From the sequence record NC_005872.1: DNA of 28,337 nt; one strand, given 5' to 3'. The notes below the pieces were generated by a model, which was given only the letters and a program-made list of their open reading frames with translations, did not search any database and was not told the DNA's origin. Position numbers and translations under genes: made by a program. Below are positions 9,136 through 17,716 of this stretch, piece by piece (position 1 is the stretch's first letter; each line of letters opens with the position of its first letter).

Positions 9136-9491
9136 CGGCTAGGAATCCCTTCAGGAAATACCGCAACAAATACCTTGACAAGTTTCTCATTACTGTAGCT
9201 ATTGAGCTGGCCTTGTTTAGCTACATAATTGCTGTGTACGTGTACAAATTGCCGCTTATATTTTCTAGGTGGGCTCTGCCGTTGATTATATCAACTATAT
9301 TGGCTGGGTTTGTGTTGCTCTATTTGGTGTTTGCCTCTATGTTCTACATATTCCAGACTCTGTATTTCTGGAGGCTGGAGAGGCTCTATGAGAGGAATCC
9401 TAGGCTGGCGGTGAGGTATTTCGCTAAGGACTACCTTTCTGAGGAGGCTAAGCTAGCCAGAAAGGCCCTCAGTCTTGTGGGCCTTTCCTAA
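9132..9491 (+). CDS. Small 2-TM membrane protein
   Basis: ATGA overlap with the upstream stop; two hydrophobic stretches flanked by basic ends. Confidence 0.8.
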   Translation: MTARNPFRKYRNKYLDKFLITVAIELALFSYIIAVYVYKLPLIFSRWALPLIISTILAGFVLLYLVFASMFYIFQTLYFWRLERLYERNPRLAVRYFAKDYLSEEAKLARKALSLVGLS

Positions 9492-9516
9492 TCCCAACTT
9501 TTTTCTATTTACAAAC

Positions 9517-9580
9517 CTCTAAACTTGGTTAGACTTTTATCTCTCGGCGTGGTCCGGAGGACCTCTCGCTTTATCTCGGC
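9517..9580 (+). repeat. 64-nt dispersed intergenic repeat (copy 1)
   Basis: 60/64 identical to 23131-23194; a degenerate copy lies at 15366-15408. Confidence 0.9.
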
Positions 9581-9635
9581 TACAGCGGTCTAATATCTCG
9601 ATGATAGATTTATATGTGGGGCGGTTCTATAATCC

Positions 9636-10319
9636 GTGCCCAAAATAAAAATTATTGATAGAATGTCGGGGAAAACGTGGGATGCTGACGTGGATACCGA
9701 AAAGCTATGTCTGTCTAGCACGTGGAGCACTATGTTTGGCGTGGGGCAGAAATGCCTCCCAATGACACCCGATAGGTTTAGCCAAGTCATGAAATATGTT
9801 AAGCCAGGATTTGGCTCTGTCTACGTAGAGGCTTTGGTGTTGCCGGACACCTTAAGGGTCTTTGTGGCGGACCTAGTGGTGATTTCGCCTAGGGGCGTTG
9901 ACATCACGGAAATGTTTTATGACTTAAGGCTGGGTGAGGTCGGTATTATCTTTGGCAATGCCTTTATGCCGGTTAGGATTAACTGGGAAAATGCCAAGTG
10001 TGAGGGTCGGACTTGTGTCATTTTTGGGGCTTTGGTGCGTGATGATGGTGTTCTGAGGCACGTGCCGATAATCTATGAGAAGGAATACCTAGAGTGGCTT
10101 AGGGCTATGTTGTCTAAGAGGCCGGCTGAGTCTTGGGAGGTGATTATGCAAAGGCTTCAGATTTATGAGTCCACGCTTAATAGGTTGCTGGAGGAGCTCT
10201 CTAAGTTGGCGGATAGGTCCGCTTATGAGTTGGCGGTGATGGTGATTCAACAAGCACGTAATATCATGTCACAAGTCCAAGCTTTGACCCAGCAACCTAG
10301 GGGTGGAGGACAGGCGTAA
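9636..10319 (+). CDS. Hypothetical protein with C-terminal coiled coil
   Basis: GTG lies 27 nt after TTTATA; 227-aa ORF. Confidence 0.8.
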   Translation: MPKIKIIDRMSGKTWDADVDTEKLCLSSTWSTMFGVGQKCLPMTPDRFSQVMKYVKPGFGSVYVEALVLPDTLRVFVADLVVISPRGVDITEMFYDLRLGEVGIIFGNAFMPVRINWENAKCEGRTCVIFGALVRDDGVLRHVPIIYEKEYLEWLRAMLSKRPAESWEVIMQRLQIYESTLNRLLEELSKLADRSAYELAVMVIQQARNIMSQVQALTQQPRGGGQA

Positions 10320-10343
10320 GAATTATAAATATGTGGATTAGCC

Positions 10344-11102
10344 ATGTTCATGTCTAGTACTAATATCCGCCACGGGCGTAGAATAGGCAAAGGCATGGTG
10401 GTGGCTGTATTAATATTGGCGCTATTGATAGGCTATGCCATTTATGCTAGCTTTAACCGTGGCACTAGCGGCGGCGGTGGTGGGAGCAACACCACGACAA
10501 CCATCACAGGCACTTCGGCACCATCTAACGTGCTTTATCCCAACGCGGCTCTAGCCAATGGTTTTGACTTAATCCTTGTGGAGGACCACGTAAACGTCAA
10601 CAGCGGACAATACTCTATAGTTGCCTCAGCGGTTGGGTCCTATAGGTCCATAGTGGCCTATGGCGGCTCTTCTGTGTCTGGCAACATAACCAACGGCATT
10701 GCGGTTATTAAGTACGGCGGCTATGAGATTCCGGTTGTCGGTTTTGCGTCTACCAACTCCAGCATTGTCCAAGACTTTCCTGGTATCCAGGTGAGGCTTA
10801 GCACTAGCGGCGGCTACGTGCTCTACACGCCTCTAAGCATGGCTATCTACTACAGGCACCTTCAGTATAACATCTCGAATACCGTGGTCCACGTGTGGGT
10901 GCCGTCTAAGACACAACCAGCCACCTTGGCTAGCGCCTCTCTACACGTGGTTATTGACCCAGAATACGGCACATATTACATCAACGGCGTGGCCTATGGG
11001 CTTGACATGGACACGCCTCCCAGACAGTATAGGGGCGTATTGAGGTCGTGGCTTGTCTACACTACAGCGGGCGGTAGCTACGTATTCACGATTAACCCAT
11101 AA
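10344..11102 (+). CDS. N-terminally anchored, probably glycosylated surface/virion protein
   Basis: Basic leader followed by a TM, GGGGGSNTTTT linker, NxS/T sequons and a beta-rich body. ATG 10350 fits the TATA spacing better. Confidence 0.75.
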   Translation: MFMSSTNIRHGRRIGKGMVVAVLILALLIGYAIYASFNRGTSGGGGGSNTTTTITGTSAPSNVLYPNAALANGFDLILVEDHVNVNSGQYSIVASAVGSYRSIVAYGGSSVSGNITNGIAVIKYGGYEIPVVGFASTNSSIVQDFPGIQVRLSTSGGYVLYTPLSMAIYYRHLQYNISNTVVHVWVPSKTQPATLASASLHVVIDPEYGTYYINGVAYGLDMDTPPRQYRGVLRSWLVYTTAGGSYVFTINP

Positions 11103-11131
11103 ACTTATTTAACGACTACCCAATTTTTTCT

Positions 11132-12013
11132 ATGTCTGCTATTGCCGAAACCATTGGTAAGTATGGTATATTAGGCTTACTGGCCGCTTTCGTGCCGGCT
11201 TTTGTGCATGGTGCCATGGCTGGAGCGGTTGGGCTGTCTGGTAATCCGGCTATAGCCACGATTCAGATTATCGCCTATATGGCTATCGTGGCTTATTGGG
11301 CTAGGCATAGCGTGGTTGACGGTTTGCTGGCTGGCATTGGTCTTGGGGCTGGGGTGGTTGCCGTTAGTCAAGCTCACGACTTGGCGATTCAAGGTATACT
11401 CTTTGGCATAGGCACGTTGATTAATACCATTGTCGACTATATCATTTCTGGCTTTCTTATGGGGCTAGGTTACGGATTTCTAATGGGGATATCTCCCACG
11501 GCTATATTGGCTGGTTTGGCTGGCTTTTTGTTTGGTGTGGTGGTTATGCTTCTGGTTAGGGTCGGGAATTTGCTTACTGAGGCTCTAGAGCTTGGCATAA
11601 CGGCCTTGTTTAAGAATTTGAGCGTAGGCTATGCCGCTCTTATTGCGCCTTTTGTGGGCGGCATCTTTGTCGGTGTGCCTCTTGGCGTTATGTTGCTGGT
11701 TTTCGGCTTTGCTTTGGCTATGGGGCTTGGGTTTGTTGTAGGCTTGGCTATAGCGTCTTTGCTCTTTATGTTTGGTCTTGTGTGGGCCTTTATCGGGTTT
11801 ATCCTTAACATAGGTCTCCTTGTGGCGGCTCTTGTCATATTCAAGACCTTCACGAAAAGCACGGACGTTATCCAGATTTTGCTGGATTTAGCCGTGATAT
11901 TCATTTTCAAGTTCATTGGGCCGGCTCTATATGCGGCTGGCTATGCTGGCTTGGTGACTAGGCATAGGGTTAGGGCTCTATACTTTATAGCTCTGGGTGC
12001 TTTGGGCTCATAA
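11132..12013 (+). CDS. Very hydrophobic Gly/Ala-rich polytopic membrane protein
   Basis: 293 aa, almost continuous hydrophobic helices with many GxxxG motifs. Confidence 0.85.
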   Translation: MSAIAETIGKYGILGLLAAFVPAFVHGAMAGAVGLSGNPAIATIQIIAYMAIVAYWARHSVVDGLLAGIGLGAGVVAVSQAHDLAIQGILFGIGTLINTIVDYIISGFLMGLGYGFLMGISPTAILAGLAGFLFGVVVMLLVRVGNLLTEALELGITALFKNLSVGYAALIAPFVGGIFVGVPLGVMLLVFGFALAMGLGFVVGLAIASLLFMFGLVWAFIGFILNIGLLVAALVIFKTFTKSTDVIQILLDLAVIFIFKFIGPALYAAGYAGLVTRHRVRALYFIALGALGS

Positions 12014-12363
12014 TGAAATGGTTTACCCACATAATTTGGGGCGCCTTTTTTCCGATATTGTTAGGCGTGGACGTACGTGAGGCGGTTTCATTGGCTGTGT
12101 TTCACACGGTATTGACGGACACCCTGGGGCATGTCGGACATGGACCTTACGTTAGGCGTGCTTCTTATCACGACGTCTTATCACTTTTCTTTGGTATTAT
12201 GATTGCGGCTATGATGCACAATTTGGCATATCTATGGCTAGGCGCTATCCACGTGGTGCTTGACAAGCTATCTCCCGGGCGGTTAGGTGTCAGCTATCTG
12301 TATTCTCTTGTGTGGGCCATTATACCCGCGATAATTTTATATATATTGGGTGTCCATCTTTAG
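12013..12363 (+). CDS. Membrane metal-dependent hydrolase, YdjM/DUF457 (DUF1286-like)
   Basis: FTH, TD.LGH, RRASYH and GAIHVVLDKLSPG follow the His/Asp pattern of YdjM-like proteins; TAATG coupling to the upstream gene. Confidence 0.6.
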   Translation: MKWFTHIIWGAFFPILLGVDVREAVSLAVFHTVLTDTLGHVGHGPYVRRASYHDVLSLFFGIMIAAMMHNLAYLWLGAIHVVLDKLSPGRLGVSYLYSLVWAIIPAIILYILGVHL

Positions 12364-12364
12364 C

Positions 12365-13111
12365 ATGCGGTTAAGTAAAATTCCAATGCCGTTGCTCATT
12401 GCCGCACTAGTGGCTACCACGGCGGTGGTGGTATATCTCCAGCTATCTGTGGTGTCTGTGCCAATAGTGGCGGACCCCAACTTTACAACTACGCTTGTGG
12501 CCGGCACTCCCTATCTGTGGCGTGGCGCGGCTAGTGAGTTCAACATAGCCTCTAACGCAACAATAAAGCTTACGTACATGCCTGTGGCGCACGTGATTTA
12601 CCTCAATGGACCTCTTGGCAACATAACGCTTGGTGGCGGTAAGTGGGTGGTCTACCTTAAGGGTGGGCGGCCTCTCTTAGTAGAGAAGGTTACCTATTCA
12701 ACCGGCTTTAGCGTGTATTACATCTTTAAGCTTGTCAACATGACTAAGGTTAGCGGGCTGAGCGTATTGGTGCCTAACGTGTTTACTGTCGGAGACGTCT
12801 TGTCTAGCGATGAGTTTAGCGCAATTCTATCCCTTGGCGCAACTACTCCGTTATACCGCGTTACCCAAATCACTACTAACGGCACACATATAATGGTCCA
12901 ACTAGGTGACGCGAGTCTATCACAGGTTGACCAGACAGACTATTTCCAGCTACCTCCAGTAGTAGAAACCACGGCTACTAAAATCACGTCTAGCGGCTTT
13001 GGCGTGAGCTATGTAGCTAACACGACTACCGTGTCGGCTTATGTCATGCCGTATCAACACATTGTTATTGTGCCTAAGGCTAACGCTAGGGTGGTTATAA
13101 CGGCGAAATAA
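12365..13111 (+). CDS. N-anchored beta-rich putative virion protein ('IPIP' leader family)
   Basis: KIPMPLLIAAL...YLQLSV leader resembles those of 17717 and 18554. ATG 12365 is preferred to GTG 12350. Confidence 0.75.
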   Translation: MRLSKIPMPLLIAALVATTAVVVYLQLSVVSVPIVADPNFTTTLVAGTPYLWRGAASEFNIASNATIKLTYMPVAHVIYLNGPLGNITLGGGKWVVYLKGGRPLLVEKVTYSTGFSVYYIFKLVNMTKVSGLSVLVPNVFTVGDVLSSDEFSAILSLGATTPLYRVTQITTNGTHIMVQLGDASLSQVDQTDYFQLPPVVETTATKITSSGFGVSYVANTTTVSAYVMPYQHIVIVPKANARVVITAK

Positions 13112-13171
13112 CTCCCCTTTTTTCTCTAGGATAGACAAATAATTTTTTAATAAGAGTCTAAATTATTCACC

Positions 13172-13912
13172 ATGTTATTGCCTGAAGGCGCTGGATTACT
13201 AGGACTACTGGCGATAGCGCTACTCAATAGAAAGGCTATACCCATTGCTCTGATTACGCTCTTTGTGTCCGCGGCTGTGGCTGTGGCAGGTGGGGCCGTA
13301 TACGCGGCTTTCACTCCCCTAATGGCTGGGGCCATTGCTTTGTATGCGCTTAGGCAGGAGGAGAGAGTCATTGAGAAGGTGGTGGGCCTCTTTCTGGGGC
13401 TGTCTATTATATGGGCCTCCGACAACACGGCTATAGCACAAGTGTTTGCCACGATTTCCTATGAAATCGTGAAGCCCTTCTTTGACGCGCTTGTCAATGT
13501 GATGGGTGTCATAGGCTTTGGTGGCGTCTTGGGTGCCTTGTTGGCGTGGTCTCTACTATCGCCTAGGCTTATTTCTATTGCTGAGAAGGAGCCTCTAGTG
13601 TCTATGGGTTATGTCCTCTTGGGTGCCGTCGTGTTGGCGGGTGCCGTTGCGGCTGTGCCTCCGTACGTGGCTCTAGCCATGGCTATAGCCTTACTTAACC
13701 AATTCAGTAGAGCCCTTAGGGGCAATATGGAGGCTCTTGGTGAGATTGCTCCGGCCTTGTTCATATTGGCTACCTTGATTCCTCCCACTACATTGGCGCC
13801 TTTGGGTGCCGTGTTGGCTGTCATTGAGCTAGCCTTTGGTGTCCTTAGTCGGAGGCACTTGGCTGGCGCGGCTATGTGGGCCACGGCGGCTATGTTGGTG
13901 GCCGGGCTATGA
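13172..13912 (+). CDS. Polytopic membrane protein
   Basis: 246 aa, Ala/Leu-rich; TTTAATAA about 26 nt upstream; preceded by a T6 terminator (13118-13123). Confidence 0.85.
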   Translation: MLLPEGAGLLGLLAIALLNRKAIPIALITLFVSAAVAVAGGAVYAAFTPLMAGAIALYALRQEERVIEKVVGLFLGLSIIWASDNTAIAQVFATISYEIVKPFFDALVNVMGVIGFGGVLGALLAWSLLSPRLISIAEKEPLVSMGYVLLGAVVLAGAVAAVPPYVALAMAIALLNQFSRALRGNMEALGEIAPALFILATLIPPTTLAPLGAVLAVIELAFGVLSRRHLAGAAMWATAAMLVAGL

Positions 13913-14859
13913 GCGTGCTTAGGATACTCTCTAAGGTATCGGTTGAGGCGGTTTCGCTATCTATAGCAATAGTGATATTTGCCATATTGGGCTTCAGCCT
14001 ATTCTCTATAGTGGGTGCTGGGTTGGCTTACCTAGGCATTAGGGCCTTAATGAGGTCGTGGGTGCTTGACCACCCACTCCCCTCCCCAATGCAAGTGTTT
14101 GTCTACTTGTTGGCGTTGTTTGGGCTTATTGGTGGCACTCAGTTCATAGTGTTTGCGGCTGTATTGATTGCGGCTTTCCTCCTTAAGGAGGTTAAGCTTA
14201 AGGCGCCCTCTGTAGATGGGCTTATAGAGTCTATGAAAATGGGTCTTGTTGGCGCGTTTGTGCCGCTATTGGGCTTGATATTGCCGATTATCCCGTTCTA
14301 TGAGACGGCTAAGAAATTCCGATATGATGTATNTGGCGCCTTGGCTCTGTTAGCTCTTGTCCTTGTCGGTATCATTGGCATGTATACTGCCGCGCTTACG
14401 GCGTCTACCGATAAGGTGAGCCTCTTATCTATCGGTGGCGTGTTCAATGACGCATTTGCTGGGTTACTAGGGCCTCTGTCTGAGTCTAACCCATTGTATT
14501 GGGTTGGCGTTATTTCTTATGAGGAGTTCATTGGGAGGGTTACTCCCTTTGCTAATGCCATGTTCACGCTCCTTCACTTACCCTCTAGGCTGTGGGCTGG
14601 CTATAAGATGACTGGCTCCGACTTGTTTGCCATAGGCATTGCGTTTATTCTCTTAATGAGCATCAACTTTAGCGCTAGGTGGCTCTGGGGCATCTACCAG
14701 AAGCATGGTATCGTGGCATCTATATTAGGGCATGCCTTTTACAATGCGGGTGTGTCCGCGTTTGTTGATTTGCTTAAGGGTAATCCGCTATATGCCATGG
14801 TGTTGCTGTTTCTAGGCTTGGTTGGATTTTTATATTCGCTAGGTAAGAGGGTAACATGA
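13909..14859 (+). CDS. CPBP/Abi (type II CAAX protease-like) intramembrane metalloprotease
   Basis: Motifs YEEFIGR (EExxxR), FTLLH (FxxxH) and GHAFYN (HxxxN) in the correct order. Start by ATGA overlap at 13909. Confidence 0.8.
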   Translation: MSVLRILSKVSVEAVSLSIAIVIFAILGFSLFSIVGAGLAYLGIRALMRSWVLDHPLPSPMQVFVYLLALFGLIGGTQFIVFAAVLIAAFLLKEVKLKAPSVDGLIESMKMGLVGAFVPLLGLILPIIPFYETAKKFRYDVXGALALLALVLVGIIGMYTAALTASTDKVSLLSIGGVFNDAFAGLLGPLSESNPLYWVGVISYEEFIGRVTPFANAMFTLLHLPSRLWAGYKMTGSDLFAIGIAFILLMSINFSARWLWGIYQKHGIVASILGHAFYNAGVSAFVDLLKGNPLYAMVLLFLGLVGFLYSLGKRVT

Positions 14860-15257
14860 TGCGGTATATATTGGCCGCAATAGCGATATTGGCCGCGCTG
14901 GCTGGCGTAGGATACATAACGCAAACTCGCGGCACCGTGGTCTACGGCGTATTTGACGGTGTCGGCGTTGCATATGAGGGTCATTACTACCTTATTGAGG
15001 GGAATGCTGTCAAGACTCCAGCTAATTCCACGATTCTTAAGGGCAAATTCATCTTATGGGGCGGCTACCTCATAAACGGCACGGAGGTTAAGCCTAAGCA
15101 CGTAATGGCGGCTTTTGTGACCAACAACGTGATTGTCGTGACTGGCACTATTGAGGTGGTGGCTGGTGAGGTCCATAAGATAGGCAACTATACCGTGGTT
15201 ACTGGTAATCCGGCTAGGGTGCTGGTTGTAGACGGCTACCTCTACCACCCTAAGTAA
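14856..15257 (+). CDS. Small N-anchored beta-rich protein
   Basis: ATGA overlap, N-terminal hydrophobic helix, followed by a T6 tract (15266-15271). Confidence 0.8.
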   Translation: MMRYILAAIAILAALAGVGYITQTRGTVVYGVFDGVGVAYEGHYYLIEGNAVKTPANSTILKGKFILWGGYLINGTEVKPKHVMAAFVTNNVIVVTGTIEVVAGEVHKIGNYTVVTGNPARVLVVDGYLYHPK

Positions 15258-15447
15258 AACCCGACTTTTTTCTTCTTTACAAACATATAACGCAGCTATT
15301 TTACTTTTTTCTAGGGTGTGGGGGAGCAACGGCACTCTTACCACATGTCAAGAAGGGCTTTGATATTTATCTCTCGCTTTGGCTAAGGGGGCCTCCCGCT
15401 TTATCTCGAAACTAAGGGGGAGGATAAGAGTTTTATATCTATGAGAT

Positions 15448-15861
15448 ATGTCTGCCATGAATAGATTAGGGTTCATAATATTGGTGACGTTGGCACTGAC
15501 GGCTCTATACTACCTATCGGTAACCATGTTTAAGCCTAGTCAGCCTCAGGTAGTCGTGGTTAAGTCTTCTGGGGCACAAAACACCAACCAATCTAGCACT
15601 CAAACTCCCACTCCGGTTATGCCTGGCGGACTCTATGCGTGTACTAAGGCCGTGTATCTAAAGGTGGGTAATGTGTACTTATGTGCCGACGTGGTCTATA
15701 ACGTGTTAAAAACGGATGACTCCCTTCAGGTGGACTTTCAAGGGGGCGTGGTTCAAGGATACTTTACGTTTATATCGGCACCCACTTGTCCGGTGACCAC
15801 AACGCCTCAGGGGATTCTTATTCCGTGTAGGACCCAGATTCTGATACCTACTAAGCAATGA
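15448..15861 (+). CDS. N-anchored protein with Ser/Thr/Gln linker and Cys-containing domain
   Basis: N-terminal TM followed by a QNTNQSSTQTPTP linker. ATG 15457 fits the TATA spacing better. Confidence 0.8.
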   Translation: MSAMNRLGFIILVTLALTALYYLSVTMFKPSQPQVVVVKSSGAQNTNQSSTQTPTPVMPGGLYACTKAVYLKVGNVYLCADVVYNVLKTDDSLQVDFQGGVVQGYFTFISAPTCPVTTTPQGILIPCRTQILIPTKQ

Positions 15862-15892
15862 AAGGTTTTTTAACGGTTGATTATGTAGTGCT

Positions 15893-16120
15893 ATGGTCTG
15901 GGAATTTCTAAGAGGTTCTACGTCACCGCCTAGAAACGTGTGTGTAGTGACGCCTACGGGCCCCTTTGACTTCACTATACAATGTAACGTTACACAAGAG
16001 ACCATTAGGCAAATCGTGGATAAGGAGAAGGTTTGTATCATAGAGCGTGATGAAAAGTCAGGCATGTTGATGTCCTACTGTGGACAGGGTAAGGATGTGG
16101 CGGCTAGGCTGTTTAGATGA
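15893..16120 (+). CDS. Hypothetical protein (75 aa)
   Basis: TTTTAAC about 26 nt upstream; coupled to the next gene by ATGA. Confidence 0.7.
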   Translation: MVWEFLRGSTSPPRNVCVVTPTGPFDFTIQCNVTQETIRQIVDKEKVCIIERDEKSGMLMSYCGQGKDVAARLFR

Positions 16121-16605
16121 CAGCCTTACGTAAGGCGATTGTATTAATCTACCTAGCCTTTTTGGGATTTTCGTGGCTTCAGCTAGTCTGGTTTTTTGGG
16201 TATCCTAGCGTGGGGGGTTTTATCTTGACCCCTAGCGCACACCCGTATATACCTCCCCTCTCTCTTTTGATTGTAAAGCCCTCTAATGAGTGCAACGGGT
16301 GGGCTGTCAAGTTGTTTGAGATTAACTGGATGGGTCTTAAGCTCTATCTGCCGGTTGTGCATTATTTCGCTAAGGTGGGTCCGGTTACCTATGAGTATTT
16401 CAACTACTACGTGATTACCAACAACGTGTGGGATAACGTGGTTAACTATTTCCATAGGATTATTGACCCTAAGTGGGTGGGCNTGCAATATAATGGGCCA
16501 TGTGTGGCTGAGGTCGTGGCTGTGATTCCGGCGCCTCTTGTCATCTTAATCATGGCTATAGCTCTCACTACAGCAATTTACTATGGTGCTAAAAGAGTGT
16601 GGTAA
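16117..16605 (+). CDS. Membrane protein with N- and C-terminal TMs
   Basis: Two terminal hydrophobic helices with an aromatic loop; T-tract after the stop. Confidence 0.8.
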   Translation: MTALRKAIVLIYLAFLGFSWLQLVWFFGYPSVGGFILTPSAHPYIPPLSLLIVKPSNECNGWAVKLFEINWMGLKLYLPVVHYFAKVGPVTYEYFNYYVITNNVWDNVVNYFHRIIDPKWVGXQYNGPCVAEVVAVIPAPLVILIMAIALTTAIYYGAKRVW

Positions 16606-16667
16606 TTCTTGACATTTCTTTTTGATATTTTTGGAAAAATTTAAATACGCGGGCGAATCCTAGAGTC

Positions 16668-16958
16668 ATGTCATATAACATAAGTGGAGGCATGGCAATA
16701 GGTAGCTACCCAGACGCTGTACAAGGCACTCCCTTTGTGGAGGCGGCTGAGGAGAAGTATAAGATGCGCTACGCGCTTGGCGTGTGCACGGCTCTGAGAG
16801 AGGCCGACCCCAAGGGCTTTGAGGAAACATTTGGCGCGGGCGAGGCTGGGCTGAGGAATTGTGCTCTGAAGGCTGGGGCCTACGCGGACAGAAACTTTGA
16901 CATCTGGAAAGTCAAGTGGCCCACGGCGCTTAGGGCTCAGATTGCAACCTTCGGGTAA
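16668..16958 (+). CDS. Probable major nucleocapsid protein (about 10 kDa, alpha-helical)
   Basis: Monocistronic: GGAAAAA-TTTAAATA 28 nt upstream and a T6 terminator at 16970. A trimer of about 10.5 kDa would fit the multimeric 33-kDa PSV major protein as I recall it. The assignment is inferred. Confidence 0.55.
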   Translation: MSYNISGGMAIGSYPDAVQGTPFVEAAEEKYKMRYALGVCTALREADPKGFEETFGAGEAGLRNCALKAGAYADRNFDIWKVKWPTALRAQIATFG

Positions 16959-17031
16959 GCCCAACCCGATTTTTTCCTAATTTTTACGGTTTTCAAATAA
17001 AGCATTTATATAGTGGGGATATTATATCCCC

Positions 17032-17346
17032 ATGCATATACAAACAGTACTTAAGACGGTATTAGAGGCTAAGAGGCGTGATTACTATGGCGTTGTTTTA
17101 AAGGCGGCTCAGATTCTAGAGGAGGAGGACCTCTGTAAGATGGCGGCTTTGGTCGTGGCTATTGTGACGTATAGGAAAGGCACCATTGACCCAGTTATCG
17201 TGGACTTTGCCGCAAAGTGTTTAAATAAGTATCCTAATTTGATACATGCTTTCACCAGAATTGGCGTCAATCCTCCAGGCTCTGTGGCAGGTGCTGACTC
17301 AGCTATTCAAGATACTAGAGGTGGTGGTAAAGAGCCCATTAACTAG
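17032..17346 (+). CDS. Helical hypothetical protein (104 aa)
   Basis: TTTATATA 27 nt upstream; a palindrome lies over the initiator. Confidence 0.75.
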   Translation: MHIQTVLKTVLEAKRRDYYGVVLKAAQILEEEDLCKMAALVVAIVTYRKGTIDPVIVDFAAKCLNKYPNLIHAFTRIGVNPPGSVAGADSAIQDTRGGGKEPIN

Positions 17347-17473
17347 CATATTTGTGGGGGCTATCCTAGCCTTTGGGGGGCGCCACGTAATCTATGGCAT
17401 AGGGCTGGCTCTCATATTATATGGCGTCTTAGCTCTCCTTAGCGCATGGCTTGGCTTTAAATTGGTGCCGTGA
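17246..17473 (+). CDS. Small 2-TM membrane protein (75 aa)
   Basis: Internal TTTAAATA 26 nt upstream with GATAC-ATG; amphipathic helix followed by hydrophobic segments. Confidence 0.7.
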   Translation: MLSPELASILQALWQVLTQLFKILEVVVKSPLTSIFVGAILAFGGRHVIYGIGLALILYGVLALLSAWLGFKLVP

Positions 17474-17694
17474 ATTTTGTGACGGCTAGCGAATTGCCTC
17501 AGGCTTTGATGAATAAGGACTTTAAGCGGTTTATGCGTGAGCTACGTGATAGGCTTTCGGAGGCCGGTATATACATTGATAGAATTAAGGCGATTACAAC
17601 GTCGGGGGATATTGTAGTTGTATATAGTGATGCTATCGTGGTAGAGCTGTCGTGGACAAATAAGTCGGTGATTAGGGTCAGGGAAAGGCTTTAA
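17470..17694 (+). CDS. Hypothetical protein (74 aa)
   Basis: GTGA overlap with the upstream stop; protein-like composition. Confidence 0.7.
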   Translation: MNFVTASELPQALMNKDFKRFMRELRDRLSEAGIYIDRIKAITTSGDIVVVYSDAIVVELSWTNKSVIRVRERL

Positions 17695-17716
17695 ATCCCA
17701 GTCTATATTTTTTGTC

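Noticed and set aside
13172-13260. AIPIALITL in the 246-aa membrane protein as a fifth RIPIP-family leader
   Set aside because: It is internal to a polytopic protein and lacks the conserved Gln after the TM; similarity may be compositional.
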